Of a DNA stretch of 64,000 bases, positions 39,026-49,112 are shown in pieces. The number at the start of each line of letters is the position of its first letter. Positions within the stretch are counted from its first letter, which is position 1. The DNA is from an uncultured Candidatus Saccharibacteria bacterium (GTDB lineage: Bacteria; Patescibacteriota; Minisyncoccia; Phycocordibacterales; JAKAEA01). The notes under the pieces are model-generated. The model worked only from the letters and a program-made list of their open reading frames with translations, made no database searches and was not told the origin of the DNA. The stretch is taken from assembly GCA_964532205.1 (NCBI GenBank), contig CAZHGQ010000001.1:49962-113961 (forward strand). Direction: 5' to 3'. The position numbers and the translations under genes are program-made.

Positions 39026-39439
39026 TTAGTGTTTTTTATGCAAATCAAAGTCTGGGCCAGACGAGTTGTTATTCGTATCCGACTCAATGCGAATGCCATT
39101 GTTATATTTAGGATAGCCAACATTTCCACCAATATGAATGTCAGTCGAATTATTGAACTCATTCTGCGGATGGTTAAAATTGGCCGAAGCTCTAGCATCA
39201 ACTGACGCCTGGTGCATCTGACTCAAAAGTGCATCACGAGCATTTTCCCAGCTGTGATTAAAGTCAATTTTTTCCCCATTCGAAGCACAACCCACGCTTG
39301 TCATCAATGACATAATGCCAGCCAAGACCAGGGCTGACTTTTTATTAATGCGGGCAACTGTTGAACCGAGTTTCTCTTGTTCCTCAGCTACAGCCGTTTC
39401 TGCCAAGGGCAGTTGTTCAGGTGTTGTAAATTTTTCCAT
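39026..39439 (-). CDS. hypothetical secreted/membrane-anchored protein
   Basis: One TM helix (ALVLAGIMSLMTSVG); start MEKF with TATAAT 8 nt upstream (leaderless-like). Confidence 0.4.
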   Translation of the reverse strand: MEKFTTPEQLPLAETAVAEEQEKLGSTVARINKKSALVLAGIMSLMTSVGCASNGEKIDFNHSWENARDALLSQMHQASVDARASANFNHPQNEFNNSTDIHIGGNVGYPKYNNGIRIESDTNNNSSGPDFDLHKKH

Positions 39440-39462
39440 GTTTAAATTATAAACCCGAACCG

Positions 39463-39501
39463 AAAAACGCAAAAGGGCCCAAAGGGCCCTTTTGCGTTTT
39501 T
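39463..39501. terminator. bidirectional rho-independent terminator
   Basis: AAAAACGCAAAAGGGCCC-aaa-GGGCCCTTTTGCGTTTTT perfect palindrome. Confidence 0.8.
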
Positions 39502-39512
39502 ACATTATATGA

Positions 39513-39944
39513 TTAGTTACCCCAACAACTTTCAGAAGCTGACCAAGGGGCTGTACCCTGTCGACTGTAGAGGTATTTAGCATAAGCCAAGTTACCATCA
39601 ACAGTGTGGAGGTCATAACCCATTTTTTCAGCTTTATCAGCGTGATAGTATTCATTAACCTGCATCACACCAACATCGGCTGGAGTAAGTTTACCACGTA
39701 AGATTGAACCGTCGTCGTTGAACTGTTTAAACTTAGATTCACAGTAAGCAACCCGAGCTAGAACTGGTGTCTTAGCAAAGTAGCTACGTACGTATGATTC
39801 TACAGTTAAGTCCGGGTCAGCTCGGCGAGCCAAATCCCATGACGGACTATTTACATTATCAGTAATCGCAACGTTAGCAGCGGCCAAGACAATAGGCGTA
39901 TTCTGGATAACAGACGTATTTAACGCCGGCTGTTGCGTATTCAT
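39513..39944 (-). CDS. secreted lysozyme-like / transglycosylase-like domain protein
   Basis: Signal-like N-terminus; VAYCESKF...GVMQVN resembles the C-E-S...G-x-M-Q motif of lysozyme-like transglycosylase domains. Confidence 0.5.
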   Translation of the reverse strand: MNTQQPALNTSVIQNTPIVLAAANVAITDNVNSPSWDLARRADPDLTVESYVRSYFAKTPVLARVAYCESKFKQFNDDGSILRGKLTPADVGVMQVNEYYHADKAEKMGYDLHTVDGNLAYAKYLYSRQGTAPWSASESCWGN

Positions 39945-40190
39945 GGCAGAAAGAACAAAGACGAGCGTTGTAGTTAGATTTAAGATAAGCCTTTTCCTAG
40001 CTAATAAACAAAAAATCAGAGGGTTGCTCTGATGTAGCTATATTATAGCATACCTAATGGAAAAGTCAATGATTTTTGAGAGTTTTTGGGCCTTATCGGT
40101 AATTAAAAAATGGCTCTATAAAGCCATATTTAAGCAAAAACTCCCCTGCCCTACCCTTTACATATATACGTATATATTGTGAAATAATAC

Positions 40191-40811
40191 CTATTTTTGA
40201 CCCTTGAAGTCCGGAACTGGATATTTTTTAAACTGCTCGAGCAAGTTTTGGCCTAAAATAAGCCTTGAAAGCGCCTCAGCTTCCCATAAAGCACCGTTTA
40301 GAGCGATGTGAGGCTTCGGTTCAGTCGGAATACCAACGTATTCCATGACTGCATCAGAATTTAAGAAGGATTTACCATTACGCTGGGGCGGTTCTATCCC
40401 ATGGGCAAGCATGTGAGCATAGCAGATAGAATGCTGGTCTATTGTCCGACGTGGCAATGACCATTCAATATTAAAGCGATCAATTGAATCGGTGATAAAC
40501 TCAACATCAAATGAGGGGTTGTGGCCAGCAAAAACCACATCCTTACATGTAGTTGTCCATTCTTTAAAATGCTGGATCAACTCGCCCACTGTCTGCTTTT
40601 TGGGGTCCATCATCTGCTCCGGGCTCAGGCCATTTATTTCCTGCACCGGCTTCATGTCGCCATGAGCTTCATTCATAATGTGAGCTCCGTCCCAAATGCG
40701 ACATTCTTCGTAGAAAGTATTTGTGGGATTAAAAAAATCGATAGCACCAAGGCTGACAATAGAATGTTTTTTAGCATTTATTCCGGAGGTTTCAACATCG
40801 ACGACGATCAT
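40191..40811 (-). CDS. DEDDh 3'-5' exonuclease (DnaQ / RNase T-like)
   Basis: Exo I VVDVETSG, Exo II GHNPSFD, Exo III H...D pattern. Confidence 0.8.
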   Translation of the reverse strand: MIVVDVETSGINAKKHSIVSLGAIDFFNPTNTFYEECRIWDGAHIMNEAHGDMKPVQEINGLSPEQMMDPKKQTVGELIQHFKEWTTTCKDVVFAGHNPSFDVEFITDSIDRFNIEWSLPRRTIDQHSICYAHMLAHGIEPPQRNGKSFLNSDAVMEYVGIPTEPKPHIALNGALWEAEALSRLILGQNLLEQFKKYPVPDFKGQK

Positions 40812-40832
40812 GTGGGTAGTATATCACTAATT

Positions 40833-42092
40833 TTAAATCTCAATATTATTCCCCACAGTAACAAAAACTAGTGCTGAAGTATTAAAGTATTTCTTGATAG
40901 TAGCATTCACAAAACCTTCATCTATTTCTTTTTGAAATTCCACGTACTCCGGCTTGGTAATATTAAAATTACTTTTAGATAGTAAAAACATTTGATTTTC
41001 TGTAATCCAGTCCTCAGAAGTTTGTAATTTTCTAATCAGTGATCTTTCATTGTAGTTTTTTACTAGATCTAATTCTGATTTAGTAATACCGAGAGAAATA
41101 AATTTGTTTATTTCTTCTAAGAGTAAATTCTTGATTTTTCTAGCGTGATCTTTTTTGCCAGAAGTAGAAATACTCCATATTATGTTATTCAAGACCTCTA
41201 CCTGACCACCGTACACACTGTATACTAAACCAAATTCATATCTCAATCTCTTTAATAAACGAGATGTTCTCCCTCTTGTTAAAATATCTTGAGCTAAATG
41301 CAGCGCAGCAAATTCTTTCACATTATCGACTTGAAATTTAAATCCGGTCATAAATGAAACCTGATTGGAATTAAATTCACTTAAAGCGGTTTTGGATTTT
41401 GGTTGTTTAATAACAACATCAGCATGTGAATGTTTGGACAAGTGCTTTAGGTGAGCAAACTCTGATAGATATTTTTCAAGTTCTATAATTGATATATCAC
41501 CTGAAACAATAAATGTCGGATTCATTGAACATAGATTTTTATAAAACTCATTCAATTCCTCTGGCTTAATGGTTGCAACTGTCTCTACTGTACCCACCAC
41601 ATCATGTGAAGCAACAGTATCTGGGAATATGGTTTTATAGAAAAGATTCGTTGTCCATCTCATTTGATTAGTTCTATACATTTCAATTTCAGAGAAAATT
41701 GAAGTCCGTTCCCGCTCTATCGTCACTGGATCAAGTAGAGATTCGTTAAGAATTTCATTTAATATACTCACCACGGTTTTAACATCAGCTGAAGCACAGA
41801 CTTCAAAATAAATTTCTAGCGCCTGTTTGGTGGTTCGAGCTCCCATATCGCCACCTATATCAGTGATGTTTGCAATGAGCAAGTCTTTTGTTGGATATTT
41901 TTTTGTACCTGCTAACAGCATGTGCTCTACAAAATGCACCAGACCGGGAGTGGTACTTGAAGGCACACTACTCACATCAAAAATAAGGTGAACTCTAACT
42001 GGTGAACTTTTTCTTTCAAAATGAAAAAGTGGAACATTATTAGCCAGACTTCTATTATGAAACAATGTATCTAAACGTGTGTAGTTTCTCAT
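40833..42092 (-). CDS. M16-family zinc peptidase (pitrilysin/insulinase-like)
   Basis: Inverted zincin motif HFVEH near the N-terminus; about 420 aa. Confidence 0.8.
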   Translation of the reverse strand: MRNYTRLDTLFHNRSLANNVPLFHFERKSSPVRVHLIFDVSSVPSSTTPGLVHFVEHMLLAGTKKYPTKDLLIANITDIGGDMGARTTKQALEIYFEVCASADVKTVVSILNEILNESLLDPVTIERERTSIFSEIEMYRTNQMRWTTNLFYKTIFPDTVASHDVVGTVETVATIKPEELNEFYKNLCSMNPTFIVSGDISIIELEKYLSEFAHLKHLSKHSHADVVIKQPKSKTALSEFNSNQVSFMTGFKFQVDNVKEFAALHLAQDILTRGRTSRLLKRLRYEFGLVYSVYGGQVEVLNNIIWSISTSGKKDHARKIKNLLLEEINKFISLGITKSELDLVKNYNERSLIRKLQTSEDWITENQMFLLSKSNFNITKPEYVEFQKEIDEGFVNATIKKYFNTSALVFVTVGNNIEI

Positions 42093-42133
42093 GGAATATT
42101 TACTATTATATACAAATTAGGTTGTTCTAAATA

Positions 42134-42301
42134 CTATTTTACAGTTTTAACTACAACAAAATAACATCCACATAGCAACAACTGTACCCCAAAAATCACT
42201 GCTATTACAAGCCAACCAAGCACAAAACCCAGTAGTAATTCACTACCGTATATAATAATCGCCACGCACAATGCTAACAATGTTTTTTCTGTATCTGTCA
42301 T
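42134..42301 (-). CDS. small hydrophobic protein (55 aa, 2 TM; doubtful)
   Basis: MTDTEKTLLALCVAIIIYGSELLLGFVLGWLVIAVIFGVQLLLCGCYFVVVKTVK; below the ORF-track cutoff, no SD. Confidence 0.25.
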   Translation of the reverse strand: MTDTEKTLLALCVAIIIYGSELLLGFVLGWLVIAVIFGVQLLLCGCYFVVVKTVK

Positions 42302-42346
42302 AAAAGAATACCGCTCTGTTCGAGCGGTATTGTGTGGTTACGACAA

Positions 42347-42559
42347 CTACTTTTTCTTCTCGGATTTGTTCTCCGAGTATTCAGTCGCTTCGCCACAGGG
42401 GTTTATGATCGTGGCAATGATGGCATCAAACCAGCTAAAGACCGCGATCACAGGTGCAAATGGCGACAGAACGATCTGTTCGCCATTCTCTTCATGATGA
42501 GCTGCAGACGGATGGGCAGCTGAACCATCGATGGCCACATGGGCCAATTGCTTGAACAT
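42347..42559 (-). CDS. small hypothetical protein (GC-rich)
   Basis: 70 aa; strong SD (AAGGAG 6 nt before ATG) and a downstream hairpin terminator (42303-42340). Confidence 0.45.
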   Translation of the reverse strand: MFKQLAHVAIDGSAAHPSAAHHEENGEQIVLSPFAPVIAVFSWFDAIIATIINPCGEATEYSENKSEKKK

Positions 42560-42683
42560 ACAGACTCCTTACGTAAGGGTTCTGAGACTATCTAACCACC
42601 TACGCAATCGCTGTCACTTGTCGACACCTAGCGAATTAGTATTTCCCCCACCCGGCAAATTGGTGTAAAGGCAGTCCGAAACA

Positions 42684-42711
42684 AAAAAGCCCATAACTAT
42701 GGGCTTTTTTG
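42684..42711. terminator. bidirectional terminator
   Basis: AAAAAAGCCCATA-act-ATGGGCTTTTTT. Confidence 0.7.
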
Positions 42712-42780
42712 TAATTGTGTCACTGTTTTCCGACAGGTTTTTTAGAACTTTTTTAGGTTTTCTTGATAACGTGACGTGTA

Positions 42781-43218
42781 TTATCGACTCAGTCCTGGGC
42801 AGTTCTTGGCTGGCTTTAGACCCTTGGCTTCGGCCTCCTGTTTTGTGGCAAACCAGACCTTGTTTTTGTCTGAAATCCGCTTAGCGCCGCTACATGTGGC
42901 TACATAATAATAACTACCCGTCTTTGAGGCAACATACACTTTAGCTTTATATACCCCTTTAGAGGTAGTTGTGGCTATGGGTATAGCAGCTGTAGCAAGG
43001 GTACGGTACTCCAAAGCCACTGGTCCCCTCGCCTGTTGCAGCTGAGTAATTTTATAACCGCCAAAACCGATTAAACCAAGTAAAATAAGGCTTATTGGTA
43101 TGAAAAAGGTCTCAAATTTAGCCATATTGCTTTTTGGCTCATTATCAGGTATAGTATCTTCCACGTCTCTACTATACAGTACGGAGATAAAATTTGCATA
43201 AAATCCTATGGCAACCAA
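42781..43218 (-). CDS. membrane-anchored hypothetical protein with C-terminal Cys-containing (Ada-like zinc-ribbon-like) domain
   Basis: TM helix [18 protein letters not shown]-terminal [12 protein letters not shown]...[22 protein letters not shown]. True start may be MAKFETFF near 43125. Confidence 0.4.
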   Translation of the reverse strand: MVAIGFYANFISVLYSRDVEDTIPDNEPKSNMAKFETFFIPISLILLGLIGFGGYKITQLQQARGPVALEYRTLATAAIPIATTTSKGVYKAKVYVASKTGSYYYVATCSGAKRISDKNKVWFATKQEAEAKGLKPAKNCPGLSR

Positions 43219-43480
43219 AAAAGCTGGCGGAACAGCGAAAAACCTGCGGGACTCTAATCCTAAATACCTTGGGGTTAAAGTGAATCACGGCGGCACCGTA
43301 AATGTCGGTGGCGTTATCGTGCGACAGCGCGGCACTGTCTATCTCTCAGGTAAAAACACCGCACTCGGTAAGGATCACACTATCTTTGCCATGAAGGCCG
43401 GAAAAGTTGAATTCAAGAACAAGCGCAAGCAGAATTTCGACAGTTCAACTTCAGTTCGAAAAATCGTAAGCGTAAGCTAA
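43208..43480 (+). CDS. rpmA: 50S ribosomal protein L27
   Basis: [24 protein letters not shown]...VRQRGT...[13 protein letters not shown] matches L27 throughout. Confidence 0.9.
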   Translation: MATKKAGGTAKNLRDSNPKYLGVKVNHGGTVNVGGVIVRQRGTVYLSGKNTALGKDHTIFAMKAGKVEFKNKRKQNFDSSTSVRKIVSVS

Positions 43481-43482
43481 AC

Positions 43483-43512
43483 AAAAAAACCGCCTTTCGG
43501 CGGTTTTTTTGT
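43483..43512. terminator. bidirectional terminator between rpmA and rplI
   Basis: AAAAAAACCGCC-tttc-GGCGGTTTTTTT. Confidence 0.75.
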
Positions 43513-43956
43513 TTATTGAGCGGTGATGTTGAGTTTAAATGTTGCTGTCTTGTCCTGAACCTTAACTTCAATGGTGTGCTCCCCGACTTCCTTAATAGGC
43601 TTATCGAGCATAATAAATTCTGGAGCCATGTCGAGCTGAGTCTGTTTTTTAAGTTCAGCAATAATTTCTTCCTTATGCACACCCTTAAACAAATGGCCTT
43701 TATCGTTGGCTGACTCTGTCAGTGTTAGGCTAACACCCTCCAAACTTTTCAAATTCTTCATCAATAAATCTTCCTGAATTTTGCGCTCAGCTGCAGCAGT
43801 TGCCTTGTGAGCTTCGAGCTTCTTGAGACTTTGTGGAGTTGAAACCTCAGCCATCTTATTGGGAATAAGAAAGTTCAGAGCATAACCGTCAGACACGTCT
43901 TTAACTTCAAACTTTTTACCGATTTTGCGGACATCTTTAAGAAGGATTACTTTCAT
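43513..43956 (-). CDS. rplI: 50S ribosomal protein L9
   Basis: MKVILLKDV...GYALNFLIP N-domain and a C-terminal domain typical of L9. Confidence 0.85.
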   Translation of the reverse strand: MKVILLKDVRKIGKKFEVKDVSDGYALNFLIPNKMAEVSTPQSLKKLEAHKATAAAERKIQEDLLMKNLKSLEGVSLTLTESANDKGHLFKGVHKEEIIAELKKQTQLDMAPEFIMLDKPIKEVGEHTIEVKVQDKTATFKLNITAQ

Positions 43957-44004
43957 ATGTTTATTGATTAGTTTCTAGATAGTACACGAGGAGTGACCTT
44001 CTGT

Positions 44005-45264
44005 CTATTGAGCTTTCAAAACCTGAACGGCTTTGTTAAATTGAGCGTCATTAGCAGCTTTAATGTCGTCTTGAGTAATTTCCACAGTGACATCAGGCTG
44101 TAAACCATGTTCAGAGATACTATTACCCTTCGGTGTCAGCCAACGAGCAACCGTAATCTTGAGCGATGTTTCAGGAGTGAGATTGATAAGTTCTTGAACA
44201 GAACCCTTGCCGTATGTTTTCGTACCAACCAGTTTTGCTACGCCATACTCACTTAAAGCACCCGCTAGAATTTCTGAAGCTGAAGCCGAGCCACCATCTA
44301 CCAAGATAACCATTTTCAAATTTTTATTGAAAATATTGTAACCATGACTCTTATAATCAACGGTTGGCGTATGTCCGGCTGACTCCTCACGTACAATCAA
44401 AGCATCTTTTGGCAAAAACCAACTCGCCATATCAACGGCCGCTTCCAAGTAACCTCCAGGATTGCCACGCACATCAAGGATGAGTTTTGAATCACCCGAT
44501 TGCACAAATTCTTGAATTGCATTTTTAAAGAGTGTGGCTGAATTAGCGCTAAAACTATACAAACGAATGACAAAAATACCATCGGAGCGCTTTTCTGTAT
44601 CAATAGTTGGAATATCAATAATGTCACGCACAATTGTCAGCGTCTTAGGTTGCTTGGCATCCTTTGGCAAAATTGACAGTGAAACAGATGTTCCCTTTTT
44701 ACCACGAATCATGGCCACTGCTGCATCAACAGTTAGATTCGATGTCGATGTATTATCGATAGAAAGAATCCGATCACCGGTTTTAATACCCGCTCGGAAA
44801 GCTGGCGAATTTTTAAGCGGCGCAATAACGGTTAAGACATTGTCTTTCATGCCGACTTCCATGCCAATACCTTCGAAGTTTCCACTGATCTGAGTCTGAA
44901 ATTCTTTATTCTCAACTGGTGGAAAGAATGTGGTGTACGGATCGCCATATGCAGCGGTGAGACCAGCAATAGCGCCCCACAATTTATCTTGGTCTGAAGT
45001 AGTCGAAGCAGTTTTACTTGTGGTTGGTACATATTTTTCTTGCAGCAAATTCCACGCCTGCCAAAACGGTGTAAAGTCAACTGTAGTTGTTTTGCCTGGA
45101 TCTCGATTTAAAATATTTGAAGCAACAGAATTTGAGAGTGATGTGGTTTTTTGAATCCCGAACATTACACCCAGACCGAACGCTGAGCCGATGATAATAA
45201 CAGCGGCCACAATCAAAAGAACTTTATTCGTGAGAAATGATTTCATATTTAAAAAGTATCTCAA
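44005..45264 (-). CDS. ctpA: carboxyl-terminal processing (S41) peptidase
   Basis: PDZ domain plus S41 catalytic region VDGGSASASEIL, N-terminal TM. Confidence 0.85.
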   Translation of the reverse strand: MRYFLNMKSFLTNKVLLIVAAVIIIGSAFGLGVMFGIQKTTSLSNSVASNILNRDPGKTTTVDFTPFWQAWNLLQEKYVPTTSKTASTTSDQDKLWGAIAGLTAAYGDPYTTFFPPVENKEFQTQISGNFEGIGMEVGMKDNVLTVIAPLKNSPAFRAGIKTGDRILSIDNTSTSNLTVDAAVAMIRGKKGTSVSLSILPKDAKQPKTLTIVRDIIDIPTIDTEKRSDGIFVIRLYSFSANSATLFKNAIQEFVQSGDSKLILDVRGNPGGYLEAAVDMASWFLPKDALIVREESAGHTPTVDYKSHGYNIFNKNLKMVILVDGGSASASEILAGALSEYGVAKLVGTKTYGKGSVQELINLTPETSLKITVARWLTPKGNSISEHGLQPDVTVEITQDDIKAANDAQFNKAVQVLKAQ

Positions 45265-45321
45265 AAAAGCTACGCAGGGTCAAACATTGAGCTTCGCCAA
45301 CAATACTGTTAGTATAGAGCC

Positions 45322-46713
45322 ATGATTCGTTTTACCAATACCCTCTCCGGCCAGAAAGAAGAGTTTAAACCAATTGATACTAAAAAAATTGGCATGTACA
45401 ACTGTGGGCCGACCGTTTATGACTATGCCCACATCGGTAATCTCCGCAAATATATTTTTGATGATATTCTTCGTCGAACATTGGAATGGAATGATTTTGA
45501 GGTTCATCAGGTCATAAATATTACTGACGTAGGTCATCTTTCATCTGACAGCGACACTGGCGATGATAAAGTCGAACGCGCTGCCAAAAAAGAACACAGG
45601 TCCGCGACCGATATAACAACTTTCTACACCGAAGCCTTTTACAAAGACTTAGCTTCATTAAATATAGAAGCGGTATCCAATAAAGATCAGAACGATTTTT
45701 TTCCGAAGGCCACAGATCACATTGCTGAACAAATTGAATTGATCAAAACCCTTGAAACTAAGGGCTTTACATACAAGACGTCTGACGGCATATACTTTGA
45801 CACCGCTAAATTCCCAACATACGGCAAACTTGGCAACATTGATCTCGAAGGCCTCAAAGAAGGTGCTCGCGTCGAGGCTAATGCTGAAAAACACAATCCA
45901 ACAGACTTTGCCCTCTGGAAGTTTTCAAAACCTGAGGAACAACGTTTACAAGAGTGGTCGTCACCATGGGGTACCGGTTTTCCAGGCTGGCATATAGAGT
46001 GTTCGGCAATGTCGATGAAATATCTGGGTGAGACATTTGATATTCACACCGGTGGCATCGACCACATCCCCGTTCATCACAATAACGAAATCGCCCAGTC
46101 TGAAGCTGCCACAGGCAAACCATTTGTAAATTATTGGCTCCATGAGGCCTTTGTGAATGTTGATGGTGGCAAAATGGCCAAGTCGCTTAATAATTTTTAT
46201 CGCTTGCAAGATTTACAAGATAAAGGCATTGATCCTTTGGCTTACCGCTACTGGATTTTGACGGCCCATTATCGAACAGCAATTAATTTTACCTGGGAAG
46301 CGATTGAGGGTGCGCAGAAGGCGTATCATCGTCTTATTGGCTTTGTACAATCTGTTTCTGAAACAGGTGCAGCTCAAGAAGAATACCTGAAACACTTTAC
46401 CGAGCATATTAATGACGACCTAGACACGCCAAAAGCTGTAGCATTACTTTGGACAATGCTTTCTGATGAAAAAATTTCTAATGCTGATAAAAAAGCCACT
46501 CTCCTTTCTATGGATAAGGTGCTTGGCTTGGGTTTGAGCAATCTTATGGAGATTGAAATACCTGAATCTGTGCTAAAGCTCGTTGATGAACGCGAAGTGG
46601 CTCGACAAGAAAAAGATTGGCAGAAATCTGATGAACTTCGAGAGAAAATTAAAAAGCAAGGTTTTGAGGTGAAAGACACAGATAAAGGACCAATAATAAA
46701 AAGTGTGGTCTAG
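45322..46713 (+). CDS. cysS: cysteine--tRNA ligase
   Basis: CGPTVYDYAHIGN (HIGH), KMAKSLNN (KMSKS), Zn-binding Cys. Confidence 0.92.
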   Translation: MIRFTNTLSGQKEEFKPIDTKKIGMYNCGPTVYDYAHIGNLRKYIFDDILRRTLEWNDFEVHQVINITDVGHLSSDSDTGDDKVERAAKKEHRSATDITTFYTEAFYKDLASLNIEAVSNKDQNDFFPKATDHIAEQIELIKTLETKGFTYKTSDGIYFDTAKFPTYGKLGNIDLEGLKEGARVEANAEKHNPTDFALWKFSKPEEQRLQEWSSPWGTGFPGWHIECSAMSMKYLGETFDIHTGGIDHIPVHHNNEIAQSEAATGKPFVNYWLHEAFVNVDGGKMAKSLNNFYRLQDLQDKGIDPLAYRYWILTAHYRTAINFTWEAIEGAQKAYHRLIGFVQSVSETGAAQEEYLKHFTEHINDDLDTPKAVALLWTMLSDEKISNADKKATLLSMDKVLGLGLSNLMEIEIPESVLKLVDEREVARQEKDWQKSDELREKIKKQGFEVKDTDKGPIIKSVV

Positions 46714-46816
46714 TATACCATTTTTACCCCATAAACTAAGGTCGGGGCGCTATCCACACATTAGACACAAGTTTTAGACAATTTTGAAGATTTTTTGATC
46801 TAGCCTTCATGTTAGA

Positions 46817-48208
46817 ATGACTGACATGGCAGAGAAATTAAAAAAATCTCCATATCTACGAGTTCCACCACAAAGCATTGAAGCTGAAATGGCTTTGCTT
46901 GGTTCAATTATGCTGCGTCCAGATACCATGCATGAAATCATGGACTTCATTCATGATGGTTCATTCTATTCCGAGAAACACCGTTTGATCTTCCGCGGCA
47001 TGTTGGAGCTCTTTAATAAATCAACACCAATTGATTTGCTTTCTCTTTCCGCTCGCTTACGTGAAAAAGATTTACTTGAACAAGTTGGCGGTGCTAGCTA
47101 TCTCACTGAACTGGTAAACTTCGTGCCATCTTCGGCCAATGTGAAGCATTATGCCGAATTGGTTCAGAAAAAACATATCATGCGCAATCTCATTGAGTGC
47201 GCCGATGATATCAGTCGTCTCGGTTACGATGAGTCGAATGAATTGGATCAAATTTTGGATACAGCTGAAAAACGTGTCTTTGAAGTGACCAACTTCTCAA
47301 GTTCACATCGCTTCATTGAACTTAAAGAAACACTCGACGAAGCCTGGGAGCGTTTGGATAAATTGCACAAATCAAAAGATGAAATGCGCGGTATTCCAAC
47401 CGGCTTTAAAGAACTTGATAATAAGCTGGCTGGCTTTCAGAAATCTGACCTCATTATTTTGGCGGCTCGACCTTCTATGGGAAAAACTTCATTGGCCTTG
47501 GATATCGCCCGCCAAACAGCCATCATGCACAATGTGCCGGTAGGTATCTTCTCATTGGAAATGAGTTCACAGCAATTGGTGGATCGCATGCTGGCTGCCG
47601 AATCACGCGTTGATGCTTGGAAACTGCGTACTGGCCAACTGTCTGTCGATTCAGAATTCGAATCAATTCGTCACTCACTTGATAAACTTTCAAAAGCTCC
47701 AATCTTCATCGATGATCAGCCGGCCAACAATATTTTGAAAATGCGTTCGGTGGCGCGCCGACTCAAGAAAGAAAAAGGTTTGGGTATGATTATGGTTGAC
47801 TACTTGCAACTTATGCAACCAACTCAGTCGGCTAAGTCTGATAATGTTGTACAACAAGTGACCGAAATCTCCCGCTCTTTGAAACAATTGGCTCGTGAAC
47901 TTGAGGTACCTGTCTTGGCCTTGTCGCAGCTTTCTCGTGCTGTCGAACAACGTGGTGGCCGTCCTCGTCTTTCCGACCTTCGAGACTCTGGTTCGATTGA
48001 ACAAGACGCTGATGTGGTTATGTTTATTCACCGTGAAGATAAGGTCCTCAAGGAAGAATCGACCAAGCCAAACATTGCCGAAATTATGATTGAAAAGCAC
48101 CGTAATGGTCCGACGGGTATGGTTGAACTTTACTTTGATGCTCAAAAAGCCACATTCTTAAGTATTGATAAAAACTTTGGTGGTGGCGCAGCTTCAGATG
48201 ACTTCTAG
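46817..48208 (+). CDS. dnaB: replicative DNA helicase
   Basis: N-terminal DnaB domain, Walker A ARPSMGKTS, RecA-like C-terminus. Confidence 0.92.
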   Translation: MTDMAEKLKKSPYLRVPPQSIEAEMALLGSIMLRPDTMHEIMDFIHDGSFYSEKHRLIFRGMLELFNKSTPIDLLSLSARLREKDLLEQVGGASYLTELVNFVPSSANVKHYAELVQKKHIMRNLIECADDISRLGYDESNELDQILDTAEKRVFEVTNFSSSHRFIELKETLDEAWERLDKLHKSKDEMRGIPTGFKELDNKLAGFQKSDLIILAARPSMGKTSLALDIARQTAIMHNVPVGIFSLEMSSQQLVDRMLAAESRVDAWKLRTGQLSVDSEFESIRHSLDKLSKAPIFIDDQPANNILKMRSVARRLKKEKGLGMIMVDYLQLMQPTQSAKSDNVVQQVTEISRSLKQLARELEVPVLALSQLSRAVEQRGGRPRLSDLRDSGSIEQDADVVMFIHREDKVLKEESTKPNIAEIMIEKHRNGPTGMVELYFDAQKATFLSIDKNFGGGAASDDF

Positions 48209-48210
48209 GT

Positions 48211-48831
48211 ATGAATCCCTTACAACAACTGACTGAACTTTTTGCCGAATTCCCTGGTATTGGCGCACGACAAGCCAAGCGTTTTGTCTATTACCTACTG
48301 ACCCGCAATCCACAGTACATTAATAACCTTTCAAATTTAATTCGTGATATTCGCAAGGATATTCACACCTGTTCTACTTGTTTTCGCTTTTACGAACGAC
48401 GTAATGCGAATTCAACACTGTGCGATATTTGTGCCAATCCGAATCGGGATACGAAGACGCTGATTATCGTGGCGCGTGATGTGGACTTAGAAAATATTGA
48501 GCGAACCCGAGCGTATAACGGTAAATATTTTGTCTTGGGCGGCTCTGTGCCTATTTTAGAAAAAAATCCTGAAACTCGCGTGCGCAGCAAAGAACTAATT
48601 AAAGCTGTTGAAGACCGGGCTTTTGATGACGATCTATCAGAAATAATTGTGGCCATGAATCTGACAGCTGAGGGTGAAAATACTGGTGAGTATGTCGAGC
48701 AGATACTAAAACCCATCGTTGAAAAAAATCACATTAAAATTTCTCATTTAGGCCGTGGTATCTCAACGGGTACCGAGCTTGAATACTCAGATTCCGAGAC
48801 ACTTAAGAACGCATTGCAAAATCGACATTAA
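48211..48831 (+). CDS. recR: recombination protein RecR
   Basis: HhH, C4 zinc finger CSTCFRF...CDIC, Toprim domain. Confidence 0.9.
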   Translation: MNPLQQLTELFAEFPGIGARQAKRFVYYLLTRNPQYINNLSNLIRDIRKDIHTCSTCFRFYERRNANSTLCDICANPNRDTKTLIIVARDVDLENIERTRAYNGKYFVLGGSVPILEKNPETRVRSKELIKAVEDRAFDDDLSEIIVAMNLTAEGENTGEYVEQILKPIVEKNHIKISHLGRGISTGTELEYSDSETLKNALQNRH

Positions 48832-48868
48832 TCAGTAGTATAGAAGCCAGACTTAACGAAAGGATTCT

Positions 48869-49060
48869 ATGCTTTGTCCCGAGTGTCAGAGTGACCTTGA
48901 ACCCCAAGCCGGCCGCTGCCCGCTGTGCAATTACAAATTCCACAACGTAGTGGAAGAAGATCTGCAACCGACCGAAGCGGCTGTGGTCAAACATCTTCAC
49001 CAGCAGACATCGCAGTCTGCCGAAGAGATCGCGGCCCTGGCGCACATGCCGAACTACTAG
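48869..49060 (+). CDS. small zinc-ribbon protein (hypothetical)
   Basis: CPEC...CPLC pair in a 63-aa GC-rich ORF ending at a bidirectional terminator. Confidence 0.4.
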   Translation: MLCPECQSDLEPQAGRCPLCNYKFHNVVEEDLQPTEAAVVKHLHQQTSQSAEEIAALAHMPNY

Positions 49061-49075
49061 AAACTTCGTTACACA

Positions 49076-49112
49076 AAACCCCGTGGCGCGCATGCGCGCC
49101 ACGGGGTTTCTT
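49076..49112. terminator. bidirectional terminator
   Basis: AAAACCCCGTGGCGCG-catg-CGCGCCACGGGGTTTCTT. Confidence 0.75.
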
